64,000 bases of DNA from an uncultured Thermomicrobiales bacterium (GCA_964577155.1 CAZNYB010000003.1:13815-77814); one strand, 5' to 3'. Shown: positions 39,025 through 46,685, numbered from the stretch's first letter. Notes: generated by a model not told the origin, from the sequence alone. Translations and numbers: made by a program.

Positions 39025-39687
39025 ATGGCGCCGAACATCTCCGACTACCTCAAGGATATCCAGTGTGCTCTGGAGCTAGTCAATGCTGATGATATTGAAG
39101 CGATCGTTTCGAGACTGTTTCGAGCCTACGCCGAGAGCCGGACCGTGTTCACCTGTGGGAATGGAGCGAGTGCTGCGCTTGCTTCACACATGGCTTGTGA
39201 CCTCGGCAAGGGAACCGCACCGGATCTTGGTAGAGGTCCGGACAAACTGTCGGCGAGACGGCTACGCATTCATAGTTTGAACGATAACGCCGCACTGCTA
39301 ACTGCTTATAGCAACGACCTTGCTTACGAAGATGTCTTTGTAGAGCAGTTAAAGAATTTCCTCAGCCCGAATGACGTCCTCATCGGTATCAGCGGAAGTG
39401 GTGGATCACCGAACGTTCTGAGAGCAATGGCCTATGCGCGCAAGGCTGGTGCAACCACGATAGGGCTCACCGGCTCGCAATCTAGCGCGTTCAAGATCAT
39501 TGAACTCTCCGACCTCCGATTGCAAGTGGCCCCGGAATTGATGGAGCAGATTGAGGATCTGCACGTAATTGTTCACCACATTATCGGGCTGAGATTGCGT
39601 GCAAGAATTGCCGACTACGCACCTGTCGATTTAGCCGAGCCTGTGATGACCAACATCGAGCGCCCATATATCAATCCTTGGGACTAA
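39025..39687 (+). CDS. gmhA: SIS-domain sedoheptulose-7-phosphate isomerase (phosphoheptose isomerase)
   Basis: FTCGNGASAALASHMACDLGK and LIGISGSGGSPNVLRAMAYARKAGATTIGLTG motifs. The ATG at 39025 has GGAGAG 7 nt upstream. Confidence 0.75.
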   Translation: MAPNISDYLKDIQCALELVNADDIEAIVSRLFRAYAESRTVFTCGNGASAALASHMACDLGKGTAPDLGRGPDKLSARRLRIHSLNDNAALLTAYSNDLAYEDVFVEQLKNFLSPNDVLIGISGSGGSPNVLRAMAYARKAGATTIGLTGSQSSAFKIIELSDLRLQVAPELMEQIEDLHVIVHHIIGLRLRARIADYAPVDLAEPVMTNIERPYINPWD

Positions 39688-40502
39688 GGATCACCCGTCA
39701 AAGATACGTTATCTCCACGATCGGCCGGACGGGTTTGAGGTTTTCCAGCGTTGGGCATTTGGACGGACATCTCTTCGCGTGAGAGCTTGTAATCTGACGA
39801 TCGCCGGAACCGGGCAACGTATCCACGATTCTGGACTGTTATGACCGAGATCGCCACGAATCCGCTGGTTTCGAGTTTTCGGCGTATATGGCTAATGATC
39901 CTGGGCACTGTCGAGGGCTGAACTCGGCCTCTATCCATGTCTTTCGCTATGGTGTCAGTAGATACCGGTAGGCCATCATGTTCGAGTAGGACGCTCAAGA
40001 CTTCCCATTCGAGTGGAGAGAGCTGTACCTTAAGGGGTCCGGCTACGATTGTATGGCTCTCAGAATCAAACTTGATGCCACTACTTTCGCGCCGTTCGGT
40101 GAACGGCCAGATCCGGGTAACGAGAGCGCGCATCCTCGCAACAAGTTCGGCAGGTTCGTAAGGGCTGACCAGATAATCATCGGCGCCGGAACGCAGAACA
40201 TCGGCTATGACCTGAGGATTCCGGTCAGCGCAAATAACCAGAATCTTCGCCCGACTTACAGCTCTGGCTCCAACAACGATTTCCAATCCTCTCCGAGCAT
40301 CCTGTGTCAAACTGAAAATGATCAAATCCAGCTGCTCATCGGGAACCTCCGCCAGTTGAAACGGATCAACAGGTCGAGTCTCCCAACCTAGTTCCTCGAC
40401 CAACGATACAATTTCACTGGTTTCGAACGGTTCCTCCGAATAAATTCCAACGTATATTGGACCTTGGTCGGCACGCTCGCTAGCCTGGATGTCAGCTTCC
40501 AT
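39684..40502 (-). CDS. atypical OmpR-family regulator with a pseudo-receiver domain
   Basis: The winged-helix output domain is intact (LSPLEWEVLSVLL, IISHIRRKLE, VQNRGYVARF). The receiver lacks the phospho-chemistry residues: DLIIFSL instead of DxxxxD, VSPYEP instead of TKPF, YSEEP instead of DD. Confidence 0.75.
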   Translation of the reverse strand: MEADIQASERADQGPIYVGIYSEEPFETSEIVSLVEELGWETRPVDPFQLAEVPDEQLDLIIFSLTQDARRGLEIVVGARAVSRAKILVICADRNPQVIADVLRSGADDYLVSPYEPAELVARMRALVTRIWPFTERRESSGIKFDSESHTIVAGPLKVQLSPLEWEVLSVLLEHDGLPVSTDTIAKDMDRGRVQPSTVPRIISHIRRKLETSGFVAISVITVQNRGYVARFRRSSDYKLSREEMSVQMPNAGKPQTRPADRGDNVSLTGDP

Positions 40503-40513
40503 GGGTTAACTCC

Positions 40514-40732
40514 TTAGTCGAGCCTCTGATGACGCAATCCAGACATGTTATCGACAGTCTCAGCACCAATTACTTTGTCCAATTCACCATATATCGTCTG
40601 TATAGTAATTGGAAGAACCAGGAGAATCCAAATTGCAACAAGATAATTCGTCTGAACATACATACACCTAATCAATAGCGTAAGCAACTTACCTGGCGGT
40701 TGTCCATCATCCCCATGAAACGAGCGAATCAC
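40514..40732 (-). CDS. possible small membrane protein immediately upstream of the atypical regulator
   Basis: 72-aa ORF (49 aa from the internal ATG) with one hydrophobic helix (LVAIWILLVLPITIQTIY). Its stop lies 11 nt before the regulator start. The region is low-GC and coding status is unproven. Confidence 0.25.
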   Translation of the reverse strand: MIRSFHGDDGQPPGKLLTLLIRCMYVQTNYLVAIWILLVLPITIQTIYGELDKVIGAETVDNMSGLRHQRLD

Positions 40733-40751
40733 CGGCTCGCAGCTTCCTTCA

Positions 40752-40785
40752 TGACAGATTTGTCAGATTTATGACAGTCGGGTCA
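40752..40785. promoter_or_regulatory. tandem operator-like sites C1 (TGAC-AGATTT-GTCA, 40752-40765) and C2 (TGAC-AGTCGG-GTCA, 40772-40785)
   Basis: Read directly (catGACAGATTTGTCAGATTTATGACAGTCGGGTCAcc). The two perfect-arm palindromes start exactly 20 bp apart. They lie in the AT-rich divergent gap between the atypical regulator and response regulator copy 2. Confidence 0.6.
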
Positions 40786-40912
40786 CCAATTGCGAGTCAA
40801 ATCAGCAGCTATTCTGATTATGTTGTTCAGAATTCTAAACAGCTGGATGTCTTGCGATCCAGTAACCGATGTCTGGATACAACTGACATAGTTGCGACAA
40901 ACATGGAAATGA

Positions 40913-41638
40913 GTGACAATGTCTTCCAATGTCATGATCGTCGATGATGATGTGGTGACGACCAAAGTGCTGCGCTTCCTGCTCGAGGAGGAAGGCTACT
41001 CTACCTACGTCATCCATCGCGGCAGTCAGGTCGTCCAGGCTGTCACCAACCAGGAAACCGACCTCGTCCTCCTCGACATCAATCTGCCCGACATCGATGG
41101 CTTCACCCTCACCAAACTCCTGCGCGCTCACCGCTACTTCGGTCCCATCATCCTCCTCACCGGCCGGAGTTCTCTGGCCGATAAACTCAGCGGCTTCGAA
41201 CATGGCGCCGACGATTATCTTCCTAAACCTTACGAACCGCTCGAACTCCTCGCCCGCATCGAAGCCGTCCTCCGTCGAGCCAAACATGCCGACCAGCAAC
41301 CTCTCGGTTCTGTCCTCCGCGTCGATGATGCCGAACTCTCGCTGGGTGAACTCACCTACCGGAGCAATGCCGTCGCAGACGCCCTGCTCACTCCCACCGA
41401 AATGCGGCTGCTCGAAGTGCTGATGCGCAACAGCTGGATCGTCATTGGACGCGACACCTTGATCGAACGTGTCTGGGGGTATGACTTTGAAGGCGACACC
41501 AATCGTGTCGATGTCTACATTCGCCGGGTCCGTCGCAAGATCGAAGCCGATCCCCAACAACCCCGCTATCTCCACACCGTCCGTGGCGTCGGCTACGTCT
41601 TTCGTGTCGAATCAGCTGTTGACAATCTGGATGCTTAA
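40913..41638 (+). CDS. OmpR/PhoB-family response regulator, copy 2
   Basis: Identical to copy 1 from IVDDDVVTTKV to VFRVESA. The N-terminus (MTMSSNVM) and C-terminus (VDNLDA) are unique. Start is GTG 40913 or ATG 40919. Confidence 0.85.
   Translation: MTMSSNVMIVDDDVVTTKVLRFLLEEEGYSTYVIHRGSQVVQAVTNQETDLVLLDINLPDIDGFTLTKLLRAHRYFGPIILLTGRSSLADKLSGFEHGADDYLPKPYEPLELLARIEAVLRRAKHADQQPLGSVLRVDDAELSLGELTYRSNAVADALLTPTEMRLLEVLMRNSWIVIGRDTLIERVWGYDFEGDTNRVDVYIRRVRRKIEADPQQPRYLHTVRGVGYVFRVESAVDNLDA
40935..41617 (+). repeat. 683-bp perfect direct repeat, copy 2
   Basis: See copy 1 (38155..38837). Confidence 0.9.
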
Positions 41639-41896
41639 CCTGATAATCAAGAATCGAAGCAATGTGTAAATTCATCCACCGACGTGGGCTATTGGACCGG
41701 GGACGGACGATAAACCCCGACTTACGTCACGATGCGTTATGACATGTCGAATGGATTATCCCATGGTTTTCGTTACGGTCGAGCATGATTGACGTTTTCA
41801 AATTACGACTCCGTCTCGGTCAAGTCGTTCGGGCAGGAAGTCTGATCGAGGTATGGATCATGCGGGGTAAGCTGTAGATCCTAGTAGGCAATTGGA

Positions 41897-42676
41897 ATGA
41901 CAACGCAACGCAATCGTTCAACGCACGATGCCTCCGACAAGGATTCAGTGCGCAACGAGCAGCCTGAACAGCAGCCAGCGCCTGTCGACAGGCGGTTGAT
42001 TGCCGCGATGGCCGGTCATGAATTGCGAGAACCTATCAATGCCATTATCAGCTTCCTCAATGTTACGGTCCAGGAACGTCTCGGTCCATTGAATGCACTG
42101 CAGTCGGAGTTCCTGCGTAGCACGGAATCAGCCGCAAGAAGACTCGAACGGCGCATTGATGACGTGCAAGTCGCGCTGCTGGAAGGCGACGCGCTGAAAC
42201 TTCATAGAGCATGGATCGATCCCAATAGACGAGTCGTCGCGACATGCCGGGAGCTCGAATGGGCGGCAGAGAAGTACGAGACAAAAGTGCTCATGAACCT
42301 TGAACGGTCGACAAGAAATCCGGGGACATGGGCAGATGCCGATCGCCTCGCTCAAATACTATCCAACGTAATTGAGAACGCAATTCGGTACGCTCCAGCG
42401 GGAACTGAAGTGCGCGTTTCAACGTCTTTTCGAGAACATGGTTACTGGACATTCATTGTGGAGAATGACCTGGAGCAAGATCAACAGTTTAGTACTGCCA
42501 ACTGGTTTCTGCCTGGCGATCGCTCAACACGAGCAAACGATCGGCAACGGCCTGGGCTAGGTTTAGGGCTGACTATTGCGAAGTACCTGGTCGAGGCACA
42601 TCAAGGAGAGATCTGGGCAGATATCGTCGACAGTAAAGTACAGGTAGGATTCTCGATCCCTCACCACAAAAGGTAG
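41897..42676 (+). CDS. small cytoplasmic histidine kinase (DHp plus HATPase_c only, no sensor or TM region)
   Basis: H-box AAMAGHELREPINAI, N-box LSNVIENAIRYAP and G2 box RPGLGLGLTIAKYLVEAHQGEIWAD. The expected G1 box DxGxG reads ENDLEQ. Confidence 0.75.
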   Translation: MTTQRNRSTHDASDKDSVRNEQPEQQPAPVDRRLIAAMAGHELREPINAIISFLNVTVQERLGPLNALQSEFLRSTESAARRLERRIDDVQVALLEGDALKLHRAWIDPNRRVVATCRELEWAAEKYETKVLMNLERSTRNPGTWADADRLAQILSNVIENAIRYAPAGTEVRVSTSFREHGYWTFIVENDLEQDQQFSTANWFLPGDRSTRANDRQRPGLGLGLTIAKYLVEAHQGEIWADIVDSKVQVGFSIPHHKR

Positions 42677-42739
42677 GCGCAATCCAACGATGTCGTCGTT
42701 GTTCTACCCATACGTGGAAATCGATGAACTAACTCAGTG

Positions 42740-43021
42740 TCAATCTATCGGAGCACGACCTGAGTCAACGATAGCCATTTCTTCAATCGGACTGACTGAT
42801 CCATTCGAATTTGGGTGGCGGCTCGTTCGCCACTCAAGATACGTGCTGAGATCATCGCCCCAAAGCGCTAGCGCGAGCCTGCTATCTGACACGCTGACCG
42901 GAAGCGCTTCAGACAATTTTAGTTCAAGGACGATCTGGCCAATAACTTTCGCTTCTCCGGTCACAACCACGGCCGAGTTCTGATCCGTCCAATGTTCTTG
43001 AAGCAAAGCACCACTCGACAT
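42740..43021 (-). CDS. hypothetical protein (weak call)
   Basis: 93-aa ORF, more protein-like than the overlapping plus-strand ORF 42690..42983. No recognisable motif. Confidence 0.3.
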   Translation of the reverse strand: MSSGALLQEHWTDQNSAVVVTGEAKVIGQIVLELKLSEALPVSVSDSRLALALWGDDLSTYLEWRTSRHPNSNGSVSPIEEMAIVDSGRAPID

Positions 43022-43159
43022 TGAATACCTTGTCCCCCTCCAGGGTACCCGTAGACGGTCCTAACTCCGAGCTACGATGTGACGAGCTATCGTACGTACA
43101 GGTTATCATCCGTGCTCGACTTGCACAACCACCCAATACTCCCAATTTGAAGATTGAAC

Positions 43160-43173
43160 TGAAGATACTGTCA
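43160..43173. promoter_or_regulatory. operator-like site H with one arm mismatch: TGAA-GATACT-GTCA
   Basis: Read directly (aaCTGAAGATACTGTCAGTTc). About 100 nt upstream of hddA. Shares the 9-mer CTGTCAGTT with site A. Confidence 0.4.
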
Positions 43174-43270
43174 GTTCATTAGAGAAGGCACTGCGACTAG
43201 TTGTGCCTGAATACTGCCGTATTGTAAACGGTGTGAAATAGTAGATGTCAAGCTGATCTCGGAGGACCAC

Positions 43271-44314
43271 ATGACAGTCATTGCCCGCGCACCTCTCAGA
43301 ATCGGACTGGCTGGCGGTGGTACGGATCTACCCGCTTACGCCGATCACCATCAAGGGTTGGTCGTCAGCACGACGATCGATCGATACGTCTACGTCATCC
43401 TGACCAGCACCGCGCAGTCATCGCTACAAATCATGGCTGCCGACGCCAACTCGATGCTATCACGTCGCGACCATCTCTTTGATTCAGCGCTGTTCTGGGG
43501 AGCGGACTATCGCTTACCACTTGAAATCCTCGAGTATTTTGGAGTCTCAGGAGGCAGGCGTGTCTTCATCGCCTCAGAAGTTCCGCCCGGCACCGGGCTC
43601 GGCTCCTCTAGCGCAACGGCAGTCGCTCTCATTCGGGCGCTCGATGCTGATTTGACTCTCCGGCTCTCTACGAAAGAGATCGCGGACATCGCCTGTCACA
43701 TCGAAATCGACCGTATGGGAATGCCGATCGGAAGACAGGATCAATACGCAGCTGCATTCGGCGGTCTGAACGTTCTGACATTCACCTCAGAGGACACGCA
43801 GATTGAGTCATTGCGGGTTCCTGAATTGTACCGGCATGAGCTTGAGTCTCGTATCTTACTCTTCTTCACCGGCCGTCGGCGACGGTCAACCAATATTCTA
43901 GAAAGCCAGCGCAAGGCAACCACTGAAGCTGGCTCACGAACACTGGAATCTCTCCACGAGATCAAGCGTCTAGCGAAGCAGATGATCACCGCCATCCAGA
44001 ATGGGGATTTCGAGCTAGTAGGTCGATTGCTCGACGAGTCCTGGAACCAGAAACGACGACTCGCGAGTGGCGTTTCTACGCCCGAGATAGATAGCTGGTA
44101 TGACGAAGCTCGAAAAGCCGGCGCTTTGGGTGGAAAGATCACCGGCGCAGGAGGCGGCGGCTTCCTGATGCTATATGCCGAGCCGCACCTGCGCTCAGCC
44201 GTGATCCGTCGCATGAGTGAGCTTGGTCTCGTCTGGGTCGACAGCGCGTTCGACCGGCAGGGGGCGATTCCATTGCTCGCTATCCCGAGCGGTGAACTGG
44301 TTTACGCTGATTAG
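43271..44314 (+). CDS. hddA: GHMP-family sugar kinase, D-glycero-alpha-D-manno-heptose 7-phosphate kinase-like
   Basis: RAPLRIGLAGGGTDLPAY N-terminus, GHMP motif PPGTGLGSSSATAVALIRAL and C-terminal GGKITGAGGGGFLMLY. Confidence 0.7.
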   Translation: MTVIARAPLRIGLAGGGTDLPAYADHHQGLVVSTTIDRYVYVILTSTAQSSLQIMAADANSMLSRRDHLFDSALFWGADYRLPLEILEYFGVSGGRRVFIASEVPPGTGLGSSSATAVALIRALDADLTLRLSTKEIADIACHIEIDRMGMPIGRQDQYAAAFGGLNVLTFTSEDTQIESLRVPELYRHELESRILLFFTGRRRRSTNILESQRKATTEAGSRTLESLHEIKRLAKQMITAIQNGDFELVGRLLDESWNQKRRLASGVSTPEIDSWYDEARKAGALGGKITGAGGGGFLMLYAEPHLRSAVIRRMSELGLVWVDSAFDRQGAIPLLAIPSGELVYAD

Positions 44315-44642
44315 CTCGTCAAAAACCCCGATCCCATCTCATTAGCCTTGCAAGAACGGTCCCGTCCGGGGCTTCAATGTAATCACTGAGCCTATTGAGC
44401 CGCATCAGAGTGGCTCTGCCGAGCAGCGCCGTCAACCTACTCATTCAAGGGCGGAGATTGCTCTATGCTGGTCAGGACAGGAATTGCAGGTGTACGTATA
44501 TTGCTGTGACGAACTGGTCAAGTGGCAAACCGTATGGTATCTTGCGCAGAGGCGGAACGAGTTTCGGATGAGGGTTCGTAACTTACTTTCCGTAAAACTG
44601 GGACTATTCGCCCAGTGCGAAGGAATTCCGCCGGAGTTGATA

Positions 44643-44662
44643 ATCTGACAAATGTGTCAGAT
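44643..44662. promoter_or_regulatory. operator-like site D: extended palindrome ATCTGACA-AATG-TGTCAGAT (core TGAC-AAATGT-GTCA at 44646-44659)
   Basis: Perfect 8-4-8 inverted repeat read directly. Lies in the 806-bp gap between hddA and the secreted protein gene. Confidence 0.55.
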
Positions 44663-45120
44663 GGAATGTTCGTTTGGCGCTCGTACGGTGGGGACTGGGG
44701 CGAGCCAATCGGATCATCGACACATGTTGGAAACTCAGCTAGATGCAGATCTAGTAAACAGACGATATTTGACATTACTGAGAGGATGGAATTGCGTCGA
44801 TCGGTGACTGCTCTGGCAGCGGCTGCACTCTGTCATGAAGTAAAAGAAGGTGCCGCGCTGGAACGGTAGATTAAAATACCGTTGTAATCGGCATCGAGTG
44901 TCAGCAGTCGGCCAAACACCAACCGATCATCATAAATCCCCGGGGAAGATGTGACGGACCTTCGCTGAGGCTACCCCACCTTTAATTCAGTGCGCTCATA
45001 CCGCCGGACCTTGTTGTGCTGGCGTGCATTAGGAATGTGGGTCTATTCGGACCTGAGGTTACCTCGTGCGTTGCCACCGGTTGGTTTTGCGTGCACTCAA
45101 AATCAAGAGGGGCATACTCA

Positions 45121-46641
45121 ATGAACGCGTGTTTAAAGCGACCGTCTTCACGGCGGCTAGGATTTCTTTTCTTCGCTGGCCTGGCAGCTATTATTGTTAT
45201 GGCAACTTCCCCCCAGGACGCCTCGACCTCCATACGGGCAGGTGACAACTTCGGGTCAACCATGATCGTCAGCGACATCAGCCTCACGATATCTGGAGAT
45301 TCTCAGATTCAGGTGATGGTGGAAGTGCGATCTGCCGACACTGCCGTTCGCAGGGCAATTGTGAAGGGCAAACTCACGGTTCCATCCTCCGACCAATCGA
45401 TTTGGATACGAGGTCGAACAGCATCCAACGGTCAATTCGTGAAGAAGCTGTCGCAATCGGGTCCTGGCGCCTATGTTTTCGAAGTCACCGAAGTCAAAGC
45501 ACGAGGTTTGACGTTTGACCGGGATTCGAGCCCCAGTTTGGAAGCCACGCTCACAATAGATGATTCGGGCATACCTGCTGCGACGGCGACGAATGTTCCC
45601 AGTCAGCCGCCTGCGACGGCGACCGCGACAACTGTTGTGCCAACCGCAACGAGCGTTGTGCCAACGGCGACCAATGTGCCACCGACCACCACCTCGGGCA
45701 ACTACTGCTCTGAAGCCATCCACAACCAGTACGTCGCCACCGGCCCCGACGGCAACCTCTATCCCACCTGGCATCCTCCTGTCGATCCTGCCACCGGCTG
45801 CGTCTTCGACCACGAACACGGCGACAATCCCAACGGCAACCCCGCCTTGCAAGGTCGCAATGTCGTCTTCTGCTATATGGCTACCTTCACAAATAACTGT
45901 ATGCCTCACAACGGCTACAAAGTCTTCGCCTGGTCTAACATCTCTCATTACAACGCACCAGCTCACTCCGGCGCTTCCGTCGTCATGGTCCTCCACCAGG
46001 GCACCAGTGGCGCGGGCCGCTTCACCACCGTCTTCCATGACATCGAAATTCACTACTACAATCCCAACGACGGTCGCGAAGCTCACATCTACATGCTCGC
46101 ACCCTTTGGCGAACTCCTCGTTGGCTGTGGCGCAAACGATCCCAACATGGATCTGCGTCTCAGTCAAGCCAATGCTCCCGGCGCCCGTCAAATATCGGCC
46201 AGCAAGTGTTTCGATCCACCTAATATCCCCTACGAGGACTGGATCACTGCTCTCTACATCGGAACCGACAGTCAGGGCAACTGGAAAGGGTATATGGATC
46301 CGCACTTCGCCATCTTCAATCCCAACACCTACTGCATCGTGCAGGACAACAGTTGTGTGCTCGGTTACTCCGATGAGCGTGCCGGTACCGGAGCCGATCC
46401 AAACAGTGCCGACTCCTGGTTCAAAGGCGTCAAACGCGAGGCCTATCTCAACCAGGTCTGGATCAGAAACGCTGGCGGTTCCACCACCATCTGGACCGAT
46501 CCCTACGGCAAACTCGTCCCGGCTGGACAGGGCATCCCGCAATACCTCTCAACCGTCAACCAACAACCGTTGACCAACTCCGCCGCCTTCGGGGCCGACC
46601 ACGACAACGATCCCGCTGGCGCTGTCCACGCTCCTAACTAG
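45121..46641 (+). CDS. secreted protein of unknown function: signal peptide, beta-rich N-domain, Pro/Thr/Ala linker, Cys/His-rich C-terminal domain
   Basis: ORF 45016..46641, start moved to the ATG at 45121 (MNACLKRPSSRRLGFLFFAGLAAIIVMA) with AGAGGGG upstream. Linker ATATNVPSQPPATATATTVVPTATSVVPTATNVPPTTT is encoded by short imperfect tandem repeats near 45577-45700. The C-domain contains YPTWHPPVDPATGCVFDHEHGDNP. Confidence 0.7.
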   Translation: MNACLKRPSSRRLGFLFFAGLAAIIVMATSPQDASTSIRAGDNFGSTMIVSDISLTISGDSQIQVMVEVRSADTAVRRAIVKGKLTVPSSDQSIWIRGRTASNGQFVKKLSQSGPGAYVFEVTEVKARGLTFDRDSSPSLEATLTIDDSGIPAATATNVPSQPPATATATTVVPTATSVVPTATNVPPTTTSGNYCSEAIHNQYVATGPDGNLYPTWHPPVDPATGCVFDHEHGDNPNGNPALQGRNVVFCYMATFTNNCMPHNGYKVFAWSNISHYNAPAHSGASVVMVLHQGTSGAGRFTTVFHDIEIHYYNPNDGREAHIYMLAPFGELLVGCGANDPNMDLRLSQANAPGARQISASKCFDPPNIPYEDWITALYIGTDSQGNWKGYMDPHFAIFNPNTYCIVQDNSCVLGYSDERAGTGADPNSADSWFKGVKREAYLNQVWIRNAGGSTTIWTDPYGKLVPAGQGIPQYLSTVNQQPLTNSAAFGADHDNDPAGAVHAPN

Positions 46642-46666
46642 GGAGACATCGTCGGACATACATGGA

Positions 46667-46685
46667 CCGGCCCTTTCTGGGCCGG
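46667..46685. terminator. hairpin CCGGCCC-TTTCT-GGGCCGG between convergent genes
   Basis: Read directly. Followed by a T-rich stretch (catgtttctactttt). Positioned between the stops of 45121..46641 (+) and 46695..47423 (-). Confidence 0.5.

Noticed and set aside
42690-42983. 97-aa plus-strand ORF after the histidine kinase.
   Set aside because: It has a Ser-rich, low-information product and overlaps the somewhat more protein-like minus-strand ORF 42740..43021. Neither is well supported. An ATCTGACA 8-mer at 42884-42891 hints that the region may be partly regulatory.
45256-46542. 428-aa minus-strand ORF and 337-aa plus-strand ORF (45560..46573) overlapping the secreted protein gene.
   Set aside because: Both are low-complexity frames, Gly/Val/Asp-rich or Pro/Thr/Ser-rich. 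The 45121..46641 frame has a signal peptide, a Shine-Dalgarno sequence and a structured domain pattern. Alternative frames stay open because of the codon bias.
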